The notes under the pieces: model-generated
Told to the model about the DNA's origin: nothing
Database searches by the model: none
Seen by the model: only the letters and a program-made list of their open reading frames with translations
Program-made: the position numbers and the translations under genes
Shown: one piece after another, positions 37,401 through 48,752 of the stretch
Layout of the letters: every line of letters starts with the position of its first letter
How positions within the stretch are numbered: the first letter of the stretch is position 1
From: Macrostomum hystrix
Taxonomy: Eukaryota; Animalia; Platyhelminthes
DNA: 64,000 bases
Assembly: GCA_950097015.1 (NCBI GenBank)
Contig: CATNEN010000041.1
Span: forward strand, 3,348,001-3,412,000
Direction: 5' to 3'

Positions 37401-39997
37401 TGAAGACACTTCTATCTGGCTTTGGAAGACAATTTATAAACTGATGTGCAGACCCTACTGGTCATCAAAGAGAATCAATGAACTTCCTGTTCATTGAAGA
37501 CACTTCTATCTGGCTTTGGAAGACAATTTATAAACTGATGCGCAGACCCTACTGGTCATCAAAGAGAATCAATGAACTTCCTGTTCATTATAGACAATTC
37601 TATCTGGCTTTGGAAGACACTTTATTCACTGATGCGCAGACCCTACTGGTCATCAAAGAGAATCAATGAACTTCCTGTTCATTGAAGACACTTCTATCTG
37701 GCTTTGGAAGACACTTTATTCACTGATGCGCAGACCCTACTGGTCATCAAAGAGAATCAATGAACTTCCTGTTCATTGAAGACACTTCTATCTGGCTTTG
37801 GAAGACACTTTATTCACTGATGTGCAGACCCTACTGGTCATCAAAGAGAATCAATGAACTTCCTGTTCATTGAAGACACTTCTATCTGGCTTTGGAAGAC
37901 ACTTTATTCACTGATGCGCAGACCCTACTGGTCATCAAAGAGAATCAATGAACTTCCTGTTCATTGAAGACAATTCTATCTGGCTTTGGAAGACACTTTA
38001 TTCACTGATGCGCAGACCCTACTGGTCATCAAAGAGAATCAATGAACTTCCTGTTCATTGAAGACACTTCTATCTGGCTTTGGAAGACAATTTATAAACT
38101 GATGCGCAGACCCTACTGGTCATCAAAGAGAATCAATTAACTTCCTGTTCATTGAAGACACTTCTATCTGGCTTTGGAAGACACTTTATTCACTGATGCG
38201 CAGACCCTACTGGTCATCAAAGAGAATCAATGAACTTCCTGTTCATTGAAGACACTTCTATCTGGCTTTGGAAGACACTTTATTCACTGATGCGCAGACC
38301 CTACTGGTCATCAAAGAGAATCAATGAACTTCCTGTTCATTGAAGACACTTCTATCTGGCTTTGGAAGACACTTTATTCACTGATGCGCAGACCCTACTG
38401 GTCATCAAAGAGAATCAATGAACTTCCTGTTCATTGAAGACACTTCTATCTGGCTTTGGAAGACACTTTATTCACTGATGCGCAGACCCTACTGGTCATC
38501 AAAGAGAATCAATGAACTTCCTGTTCATTGAAGACACTTCTATCTGGCTTTGGAAGACACTTTATTCACTGATGTGCAGACCCTACTGGTCATCAAAGAG
38601 AATCAATGAACTTCCTGTTCATTGAAGACACTTCTATCTGGCTTTGGAAGACACTTTATTCACTGATGCGCAGACCCTACTGGTCATCAAAGAGAATCAA
38701 TGAACTTCCTGTTCATTGAAGACACTTCTATCTGGCTTTGGAAGACACTTTATTCACTGATGCGCAGACCCTACTGGTCATCAAAGAGAATCAATGAACT
38801 TCCTGTTCATTGAAGACACTTCTATCTGGCTTTGGAAGACAATTTATAAACTGATGCGCAGACCCTACTGGTCATCAAAGAGAATCAATGAACTTCCTGT
38901 TCATTGAAGACACTTCTATCTGGCTTTGGAAGACACTTTATTCAACTGATGCGCAGACCCTACTGGTCATCAAAGAGAATCAATGAACTTCCTGTTCATT
39001 GAAGACACTTCTATCTGGCTTTGGAAGACACTTTATTCACTGATGCGCAGACCCTACTGGTCATCAAAGAGAATCAATGAACTTCCTGTTCATTGAAGAC
39101 ACTTCTATCTGGCTTTGGAAGACACTTTATTCAACTGATGCGCAGACCCTACTGGTCATCAAAGAGAATCAATGAACTTCCTGTTCATTGAAGACACTTC
39201 TATCTGGCTTTGGAAGACACTTTATTCACTGATGCGCAGACCCTACTGGTCATCAAAGAGAATCAATGAACTTCCTGTTCATTGAAGACACTTCTATCTG
39301 GCTTTGGAAGACAATTTATAAACTGATGTGCAGACCCTACTGGTCATCAAAGAGAATCAATTAACTTCCTGTTCATTGAAGACACTTCTATCTGGCTTTG
39401 GAAGACACTTTATTCACTGATGCGCAGACCCTACTGGTCATCAAAGAGAATCAATGAACTTCCTGTTCATTGAAGACACTTCTATCTGGCTTTGGAAGAC
39501 AATTTATAAACTGATGCGCAGACCCTACTGGTCATCAAAGAGAATCAATGAACTTCCTGTTCATTGAAGACACTTCTATCTGGCTTTGGAAGACAATTTA
39601 TAAACTGATGCGCAGACCCTACTGGTCATCAAAGAGAATCAATGAACTTCCTGTTCATTGAAGACACTTCTATCTGGCTTTGGAAGACACTTTATTCACT
39701 GATGCGCAGACCCTACTGGTCATCAAAGAGAATCAATGAACTTCCTGTTCATTGAAGACACTTCTATCTGGCTTTGGAAGACAATTTATAAACTGATGCG
39801 CAGACCCTACTGGTCATCAAAGAGAATCAATGAACTTCCTGTTCATTGAAGACAATTCTATCTGGCTTTGGAAGACACTTTATTCACTGATGCGCAGACC
39901 CTACTGGTCATCAAAGAGAATCAATGAACTTCCTGTTCATTGAAGACACTTCTATCTGGCTTTGGAAGACAATTTATAAACTGATGTGCAGACCCTA
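34420..39997. repeat. 94-bp tandem array (about 59 units)
   Basis: Unit gaagacactttattcactgatgcgcagaccctactggtcatcaaagagaatcaatgaacttcctgttcattgaagacacttctatctggctttg, nearly homogeneous. Confidence 0.98.
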
Positions 39998-40763
39998 GTG
40001 GCCCCAACAGGTGAGACAGTGGCCCCAACAGGCTAGACAGGAGGATAAACCGATTAGACAACTGTACGAACCATTGAGAACTTCGTCCTGTTAGACAGTT
40101 GCCAAAATGTTAGACCGACCTGTTCTATAGTCAACCTGTATGCACTTGCAGAAGCCCTGGCGCATATTTCGCCCTTTCAAGCAGTCCCACGACTTCATCA
40201 AGAACAGTTTCCGTGCGGGTTCATCTGTTCAGAATACACTTTTCTTCATGCGCCGTCTTTATATCCCATTCAGTGCAGTAGAGTCCCGGCGGGAACAACT
40301 GCACGGACGCTTGGGAGGGAAAGATCCCCACTATGGCTGCTCCCAGTCCGGGATAGATAGACACTGAATCCTTTCCGCGTGACGTGCCAAAGCAATTTCT
40401 TTTCCTTCTCTGTTTTAATCTGCAGAACGCATGTTTTCTTAATCTGCTGAAGAAATGCAGCTTTGCTGGCTTTGCCGTCCAGTTCACAGCCGGCCTATGA
40501 GAATGGCGGAGTTAGCGCAATCATATTGATTGCAGCTTCAGCAGCTTCCTGTCCAGATGAGGCCTGATAAGTCAGGTGGAGGTGCGGTCGGTTCGCAGAC
40601 ATCTTACACGGGGGCTCGGCCTGTTACGTAACTTCCTTTGATGTCTCCGATTTCTAATGGCTCGCAAGATGTGGATCTAGTTAATAATGAAATATTTGGC
40701 ATACCTTTCTCACACTACTTACAGGAGGTTATGAGGGCCAAGAAAGCCTAAAAAGCTTGATTG

Positions 40764-41256
40764 AGAAGCTCGCAGACTCAAATACAAGCTCCAAGACTCA
40801 TAAAAAAGCTCGTAGACCCAAAGAAATGCTCGTAGACTCATAGAAATGCTCGTAGACTCATAGAAGAGCTCGTAGACTCATAGAAGATCTCGTAGGCTCA
40901 TAGAAGGAGCTCCAAGACTCATAGAAGGAGCTCCAAGACTCATAGAAGGAGCTCCAAGACTCATAGAAGGAGCTCCAAGACTCATAGAAGGAGCTCCAAG
41001 ACTCATAGAAGAGCTCGTAGACTCATAGAAGAGCTCGTAGACTCATAGAAGAGCTCGTAGACTCATAGAAGATCTCGTAGGCTCATGGAAAAGCTTGTAG
41101 ACTCATAGAAGGAGCTCCAAGACTCATAGAAGGAGCTCCAAGACTCATAGAAGGAGCTCCAAGACTCATAGAAGAGCTCGTAGGCTCATAGAAGAGCTCG
41201 TAGGCTCATTGAAAAGCTCCAAGACTCATAGAAAAGCTTGTAGACTCACAGAAAAG
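40764..41256. repeat. 20/21-bp minisatellite
   Basis: Alternating gactcatagaagagctcgta and gactcatagaaggagctccaa units. Confidence 0.93.
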
Positions 41257-42652
41257 CAGTAGCTTTACAGTGTACTCGTATTAGAAATTGCTTAGCTTGG
41301 ATGATTTTTCAATCCGCTGTCTCCATCAGGCTGCGAATTGGGGCTTAAAATTGTATTTCTGAGCTTTAGTTGCCCTTGTCAAATTGCTGCTTGGGCAGTT
41401 AAGCATCACTTCGCTGTTCATCTTTGCAGCTATTCCAACATCACTGAAAGCTAAGTCGTCCAAAATCCTAGCAATAATTGAGTTCGGACGTTTTTGTAAG
41501 GAGGCCTCATGCAGTACCTGAGGCTCCTTTTTGTATATTGTAGAGCAGGGGAAGGGTCCTATCTCTGGCTTATGTTGTCTGTGTTGGAGCCCACCTGAAG
41601 CATTGCTTTGCTGCATTGAAAGTGCACTCTTTCAAAAAGGCTATGGTCCCAGGGCCCTAGTGTCCAGGAGGTAAAAATCCTCCATGCTTTGGATGCGTAT
41701 AGCACAATGCTGGACCAATCATGGCTGTGCAAAACTGCTCTGGCTGACGCAACCTAATGGTTCCAAAACCTGCTAGTTTCCTTAAAAATGAAACCGGATA
41801 TCGACATAATTTACTAGTCTCAATAATTAAGTGCATTGTGTCCACTGTTCCATTGAGTTTATGCGAAAACAGATACTTTCAGCTCTCCAGGGATTCCTAG
41901 AATTTCCCTTGAAGAAATAGTATTTCCTGGGTACATTGCAATATCTAAGGAATTGACAAAATAGTTGTGGACGAGCTGAGGGACATTTTTGCAAGATTCA
42001 GAGGCGCAGCACTCCGCCTCAATCACGGTTAGGGACTTTGCCATAATATGTTATTCTTCAGCTTTGCGTCCCAGTGAATTCATATTCCCTGATCCGAAAT
42101 CCAAGGAATGGGCCCGTTCTGTAAAGCTTGAGCATCGCTAAGTTCAAATTTAAGGGCTGCCTAATTTCGACTGCCTAAAGTATAACCTAGGATGAAACTT
42201 TTCGTACGAAAGCTTTATAGTACGACTCTGAGTCTCTACGATCGGCGCACTGGCTGCATGGAACAAAAGCAGAGTCCAGTTCTACCAGTGAACCTTGGTT
42301 TAAACCTAGGCAGTAAACCCGCTATCTCTAGGCAGGCTCTGAACTTCAATCGGGTCTTGCAGGTCTTGCAGCCCAGACAAAAGAGACAACGGAGTAACTG
42401 GTTTTATGCTACTGAACTGAAAACCGAAGCACGTACGCTCTGTGTACACTTAAGCGTACCTTCATTTCAAGGTTTGGCTCGCGGCTGCATATAATATATC
42501 TTTAAACAGGAAAGAATTAGCAATAATTACCCTGCAAAACGCCGCAATAAAAACGCGAAAAATAGAAAACTGAACTTTTGGAATTCGTAATAAAAAATAA
42601 TTATCAATCCCATAATCCCGCAGTTTATTATGTGCATTAGAAAAAGAATCAG

Positions 42653-42982
42653 TAAACACCACACTCCCAGGCACGAAGGCAGACAGAGACAGCAGTTGCG
42701 ACACAGAGAGCGAACGAGGGAAGGGCACCGTCTATGGCCCATATACAATATACAAACAACAAAACACACAAATTGTTTCGAAGAAAGTGTTCAAAATGCA
42801 CACAAAAAGGCTAAAGCAAGAAAAAAGAAGCAAGGAAAAAGAAAAAATTTCACACCACGCAGCGCGAAGAAACAAGGCTGGGCAGTACGCGGGAGCCGGC
42901 TGAAATGCAACCCAGCTCAAGGCGGAGGGGTGGGTGTCTGGGGTGGGTGTTTACACCTAATCAGCGAGCGCCGATTGGACAC
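42653..42982 (-). mobile_element. Solo A-B terminal unit of the Ngaro/DIRS-type element family
   Basis: 42851-42982 matches the A repeats at 53205-53324 and 55414-55534; 42653-42741 matches the B repeat at 53325-53400. Confidence 0.7.
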
Positions 42983-43105
42983 GAAAATCAGTCAATGCGT
43001 TCGCTTAAACGACAACAGTACCACTTTTTTACATGGAGTGAATTGACACATAGACACTTTTCATTCTTAGTATAATTGAAGAATTAGATAGATCAGAATG
43101 ACAAA

Positions 43106-43460
43106 ATGTATGTGACAAAGTCTTTTTATATGCACAACTATACTAAGAAAAAAACTAATAACTAATTAGTTGTTTGTAAATTGCATGCAGAAACGAAAAA
43201 AGCATCGAGGATTGCAGGGTCATTGAGCGTGAATGACGTCCCATAAGGGCAATATTAGCGCTCCTTTGATCAGAGCGGGTGTTGTATGTGACAAAGTCTT
43301 TTTATATGCACAACTATACTCAGAAAAAAACTAATAACTAACTAGTTGTTTGTAAATTGCATGCAGAAACGAAAAAAGCAACGAGGATAGCAGGGTCATT
43401 GAGCGTGAATAATAACGTCCCATAAGGGCAATATTAGCGCTCCTTTGTTCAGAGCGGATG
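43106..43460. repeat. Tandem duplication of about 177 bp (2 copies)
   Basis: tgtatgtgacaaagtcttttt...tcagagcgg present at about 43106 and 43284. Confidence 0.9.
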
Positions 43461-44700
43461 GTCCTTGAGGACTTCAGCGTTGGTCACTACTTCGGCGGTT
43501 TGCGCCGACAAGTACTACTCTCAGCTTGCAGCCTTGACTTGCATTGTTAGCTAGGTCATCGGTTTTTCAAGTGAAGCCCTGAAAACCCAGATGACGGTCA
43601 GAAAACCAAACTCAGATTTCAATTCTCGATACCCCAGATGACGGTAGCTAAGCGCAACAAAATGATGGGCCCGACCTGGAGTGGAGCAGAGCCGCTTGCG
43701 CCGACACGGTATGAATTGCATCGCGCTGGTTGTAACGCATTTTAGAAGAAAAGTGGGAGAAAAAAGGGAGGAAAATGAAACAGCAAGAATACGTGCGGAA
43801 ATAACCCCAAAGACTCGAGACTTACAAGGGTGAATTACACATTCAATAAATCTTAGCTTGGCGCCCAATTCGACTAGCACCTAGCCAAAGACAGCGAATA
43901 GTAGCTTTCCCGGGGCTAGCGGCGTTGAGCGCTTCGCCTGAACTCTGGGCAAATACGACAATACTCTATTATTCGCGCTGCTCGAGAGTATAGCGATGGC
44001 TCTAACGCCGCTGTTGCGAACCGTCCGTGATGAACAAGTTGAAGACTGATGCGGCTAAACTGACTGCGTTGCTGCGTCCCCACCGTTATTAGCAGTCTAA
44101 CTTGTAATGCCTACTTGATATAAGTTCAATGATAGTTCCTCGTAGTTCCTATGAGTTTTTTAACTCGCTCTTACTGCTTGCGTTACCGGGTAGAAACAGC
44201 TGACACCCGTACCATTCCTTCACGAGTACGCAAAAAACAAGCAAGTAATATAGCTCGTGGCTAACTCAGACTCGTTCCGCCTAACTCAGTCGAGAAACCA
44301 AATCAGTAGCAACATTTTTCATGTAGTTTTTGGTCTAAAGGACTTTCAGTTGTGGGCATATATTTAATTTTATGAGCAAATAAAAAGGTTTAATTCTATC
44401 TTGGAAAAAATTACATTGCTGTTGGCGTGTATGCTTGCAATACTTTTTGACAAAATCGTTATGCTGGAATATCTCATATGTAGTGCGTACATACAAAAAT
44501 ATTAGGGTAATGTAAGAGAAGCATGCTTAGGCTGGTTTTGACGCATTTTGCTTGAAAAAATTAATGTCTATTTTGGGTGGCAGTCCTTAATCTAAATATA
44601 CATTTGGATGTATATAAGTGTTCATCTATTTCTTTACGAAACATTCGGGGTCATGCTCAGTCTTGCTCATCTTGGATTCGGCAATTCTTTTCAGTTCCGA

Positions 44701-45327
44701 TCAAGGAACGTGCGTCAAACTTTGGACGATACAGCCGGATTCGAGAGCAGCCGCAGAGTGGCTGTTGTCTTCAGCGCCACTGAATTCGGGAGCAGCAGCA
44801 GAGTGGTTGATTTCTTCAGCGCCACTGGATTCGGGAGCAGCCGCAGAGTGGTTGTTGTTTGCAGCGCCACTGGATTCGGGAGCAGCCGCAGAGTGGTTGT
44901 TGTTTGCAGCGCCACTGGATTCGGGAGCAGCCGCAGAGTGGTTGTTGTCTTCAGCAACACTGGATTCGGGAGCAGCCGCAGAGTGGTTGTTGTCCGCAGT
45001 GCCACTGGATTCGGGAGCAGCCGCAGAGTGGTTGTTGTCCGCAGCGCCACTGGATTCGGGAGCAGCCGCAGAGTGGTTGTTGTCCGCAGTGCCACTGGAT
45101 TTGGGAGCAGCCGCAGAGTGGTTGTTGTCCGCAGCGCCACTGGATTCGGGAGCAGCCGCAGAGTGGTTGTTGTCCGCAGCGCCACTGGATTCGGGAGCAG
45201 CAGTCTGTCGCTTCCTTTTTGCCGGTGGCTCAGGCCGGGCAGTTGTTGGTGCCTTCCCTGCTAGTCGATTGGATCGACGTAGAGGCGTAGCAGCCTTATT
45301 GCGGATAGCGGCTCGTTTCCGTGTCAT
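44701..45327 (-). CDS. Hypothetical basic-N-terminus protein with 15-aa repeats
   Basis: MTRKRAAIRNKAATPLRRSNRLAGK...PPAKRKR followed by (AAPESSGAADNNHSA)n. Several frames on both strands are open across the repeat, so coding status is uncertain. Confidence 0.25.
   Translation of the reverse strand: MTRKRAAIRNKAATPLRRSNRLAGKAPTTARPEPPAKRKRQTAAPESSGAADNNHSAAAPESSGAADNNHSAAAPKSSGTADNNHSAAAPESSGAADNNHSAAAPESSGTADNNHSAAAPESSVAEDNNHSAAAPESSGAANNNHSAAAPESSGAANNNHSAAAPESSGAEEINHSAAAPEFSGAEDNSHSAAALESGCIVQSLTHVP
44735..45202. repeat. 45-bp tandem array (about 10 units), possibly inside an ORF
   Basis: Unit gcagcgccactggattcgggagcagccgcagagtggttgttgtcc. Confidence 0.93.
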
Positions 45328-46008
45328 GTCTTTCGTTCCTACTACGGGATTGCCTTTTGGCTCCAATAAAATGGAATGCACCTGCGATAAAAGAATAGAA
45401 ACAAGTCTAACTTTTGGCATAAAGACGAGGAAATAGATTTCTAAGCATTGACAATAGCTGAAAGATCGTATTATTCAATTTTTAGGATTGGTCATAGAAT
45501 ATGCAAATTCGGGCACTTTCCCCACCAAAATGCACTAATGCTATAAGTTTATTGGACTCACTATATTTTGTCTCGGGAAATAATACAATACTTTGCCACT
45601 GGATGCAGCGTCACAGGGCGCGCTTCAGAGCATGGGCGCGAAGAGCCACTTTACACTTTTGCAAACGAAGCAAATGGTAATTTCTTGTTTCTGGTTTTTG
45701 TCAGTATACACACAGGACAATAAGACAAATTATTTTCTCTTACTTGATTTTGACAAGCCTTGATTGAGTGTATTTTAAATTTACAAAAGGTGATAAGGCA
45801 AATAAATCTGCTGATTGTATTCGCACAAGAGTGAGAAGCATGAACAAGTGCAGCAGCTATATTTGTATTCAGGGCGCTAATAGAATATCGCATCGAGAAG
45901 GCACGGGTTTGCTTGACCACTTAATTAATTTGGAGTACAAAGGGGCATACAAAGCTGCTAGGAGCCCAAATGAATAGCTCGAGCATTCCAATTCCAATAA
46001 GGCCACAG

Positions 46009-46326
46009 TCAAGAGCTGATGCCGTGGTTTAGCATGCACACGAACTGGTCGTAGCTAACCTTGCCGATGCCGCTGGTATCTAGCTGGCGGATCATGCGCT
46101 CTGCCTTCAGTCCGGCCTGGCCGTCTCCCATCAGCGTGTCCATGGAGGCCTGGAGCTCCTCAGTACTGATGAAGCCGTCGCAGTCTCTGTCCAGCAGTCG
46201 AAAAACGGATTCGAGGAATGCGTGGGTGCTGCGGCGCCGTCGCTGCTTTTTTGAGCAGACGAGGGTGGCAAAATCGTAGAACTCCATAGATTCCACGCCC
46301 TGTGCAACAAGGGAGTTTACAGTCTC
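46009..46326 (-). CDS. Calmodulin-like EF-hand protein, exon 2
   Basis: ccctcattgcag| acceptor, phase 0; EF loops DRDCDGFISTEE and DTSGIGKVSYDQ. Joined protein about 175 aa. Confidence 0.8.
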   Translation of the reverse strand, partial: ETVNSLVAQGVESMEFYDFATLVCSKKQRRRRSTHAFLESVFRLLDRDCDGFISTEELQASMDTLMGDGQAGLKAERMIRQLDTSGIGKVSYDQFVCMLNHGISS

Positions 46327-46458
46327 CTGCAATGAGGGTACGTTTCGCGTTGAGGTTCGTTTTAGTAACCTTAAATTAAGGGGTATCATCGAAGCTTTGG
46401 ATTTTGAATTTCAATTTTTACCTGAAAGGGTGAAACCAGATCAGGCAAGTCATCTCAC

Positions 46459-46668
46459 CTCAATGTCGGTCTCACTGACGAATATCTGGGCCGCCTCGAA
46501 GCCCTCCAGAAGTCTTGATACAGGAAATCGACCTTGCTTCGTTTCAAACCGACGAAACGCCTGCATGCACTGCCGCAGGTCTACCTCCGTCATCTCAACG
46601 CTGGCGCTCGGATCAATACCCAGCACGGACTTGAGCTGGCTGCTACCCGTCTGCCTCGGCGATTGCAT
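46459..46668 (-). CDS. Calmodulin-like EF-hand protein, exon 1
   Basis: ATG at 46668; MQSPRQ...LRQCMQAFRRFETKQGRFPVSRLLEGFEAAQIFVSETDIE; donor GAG|GTGAG, phase 0. Confidence 0.72.
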
Positions 46669-46726
46669 GACTGTTGTCGAGTGTTGAAAAAGCTTTCCTG
46701 GCAGATGGCGGCTTTCCACGTCTCTT

Positions 46727-46734
46727 TATTTATA
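46727..46734 (-). promoter_or_regulatory. TATA box candidate for the calmodulin-like gene
   Basis: TATAAATA on the minus strand, about 59 nt upstream of the ATG at 46668. Confidence 0.45.
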
Positions 46735-47544
46735 CTCTCTCTGCCGAAGAGGGCGTGTGACCTTTCCTGACCGCTGCTCCACTTCTCTAACTCTTGCACA
46801 GAGCGAAATGACGCAGAGCTTGTGTCTGATAGACACACTCAGAGGCGTCAATCATTGCTAGCCTGCTGATTGACACGTCTTAAGTTGTAGAACCAAAGCG
46901 CCGCCCGCTGTGTTATTTACTAACTTACAGGCCCACTGGTAGATTCTAATTCTATTTCTAACAGTGCCAGCAGAAATTTGTGAGAATCATTGTTCCCATA
47001 AAAGCACTCTCCCACAACGGCATACCTCAGGACAAGCAAAACAATCTGGAATGCAGACTTTGGAGATCGCAGGAAACTTTTTTAGATGCAAGAATATTTT
47101 TCTGGGCCGGGTAGGTCATTTTAAATCATCCCGAGTAAAAAGATAGTAGACATAAGACAGCATTCAATGCGGATATTTGAATGAGTGCAACATCCACAGT
47201 GGCGGTTACGAAATTCACGCTTTCGAAAATAGCGGATTGGTAACAAGCATTTGTGGGGCTTCGAACCTAGGCTTAGAGCAGGATTTCAGGTGTTGCGGAA
47301 CTATGAGTTGAGGTCACAGGATCCGCTAGTTCTTAAACAAAGTCATGCAGTGTGATTGAAAGTTCTATTCTATACTAATAATTACAGAGTTAAGCCACTT
47401 CTAAGTTTAGTGACTAGACTTCCGTCCAGGCTAGGAAATTTTATGGAGACTAATAAAAATGTGATGAGAAAAGACAAATCACACAGCGTAAGCACAGGAA
47501 TGAGCCGCGGCTCTTCGCACGGGTGCTGCTGCTCTTCGCGGACG

Positions 47545-48130
47545 TCACATACCAGACCACCGAGGTAAAGACGAACTGATGACAGCCCGGAAGCTCCGTT
47601 GTCTGCCCGTCAGAGCTTCGGTAGAAAATGCGGCCTCGATGTCGCCCGGCACGCAGAGTCTCGTGTTGACCACCAGGCCGACGCTCGCTGCAATCCCAAA
47701 CAACTTGTCCAGCTGGCGTTGGGCGCCCTCTACGGTCGAGGACAACAACAGGTCGAGGTCGTTGGCGTAGCCAAGCACACTGAGCCGCCTTTCCGGTTGA
47801 CGTCGACACACGCGTCAGCGCAGAAGGAATCCATCTTCCTCGTCGGTAGGCAGAGCATTTCGAAGCACCCTGTGAAGCACCAGGACGAACAGGACGGCGT
47901 TAGCGTGTCCCCCGGAGCATCCCGGAGGATGTCTTAAAGGAGTTAGACATCTCGTCCGGCGTAACCACAACTGCTCTCGTAGCGCATTACAAAGCCATAA
48001 TGGGAGCGATCAGCTACTCTTGCACATGAATCTGGCATCGCGATAGCAGCATCCGGTTGAACAACTTCGTGGCGAGGATCTCGGGCAGATTCCTCTGTGT
48101 TCCTCTAACTGTGTGGTGCCGCGTCACCGA
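47545..48130 (-). mobile_element. Degenerate RTE-type LINE RT fragment
   Basis: ...GDTLTP...RRQPERRLSVLGYANDL...SSTVEGAQRQLDKL..AASVGLVVN (YADD-derived motif), frameshifted. Confidence 0.82.
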
Positions 48131-48752
48131 AAAGCCCACGGTTCATCATGCGGGCGACCGATGAGCCACACAGCGGTCACATTGACAGCTGGGCAGCGTG
48201 GTCTTGCTTGGAGGAGAGGCCGCGGCAGGAAGGAGAGGCCGTGGCAATTTTCTGAGAACTCCCCACAATTGGCTGGAAACATGCACATTCAGGGTGGTGC
48301 AAGGACAAGCTGAATCCAGCTCGGAGACTATCGAGAAAGTCAAGTATGAAAAAGGGGTTCCCTATTCCCCAGAGTTCATATAACGTGCTTGGAAGCCCGT
48401 TCTTTTCTAGCCCTATCAACCTAGCTGTTCTTCCAACCATTATTGCAGTACAGCCTGGAGACGTATTTGGATTCGCTCTTACCTGCTGGACTTTCGAGCC
48501 CTTCTCTGACCAGAAGCTGGACAGTCGAGTGGCTAGGCGCACGGAACCTGTGAGGTAGATCTCAGGCCGGCAAAGATTTTCGTGGATCAGGAAAGATAAT
48601 TGTACCACACGGCAGCACTATTAAGGTGAGGTCTTCTGGTATCTATAAAAGTACTTAATTGAGGTTAAACTTTGCTGAATCAAAGTGCATACAACGAGAA
48701 TTACAAATCTCGCAATGACACATGCAGAAAGCCATCTCGTCCTGAAATAGAC

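Noticed and set aside
34420-39997. CRISPR-like reading of the hairpin-containing 94-bp array
   Set aside because: There are no unique spacers (units are nearly identical), no cas genes, and the context is eukaryotic.
3987-39997. Short words shared between different arrays (ctgtcac, aactgc, tcaatgaact)
   Set aside because: Matches of 6-10 nt among many units are expected by chance, and there is no colinear similarity.
46327-46458. Alternative acceptor at 46370 and an internal ttcag|gtaaa ratchet-like site at 46422/46421
   Set aside because: The first is out of phase. The second would need a 37-nt first intron and could easily be chance.
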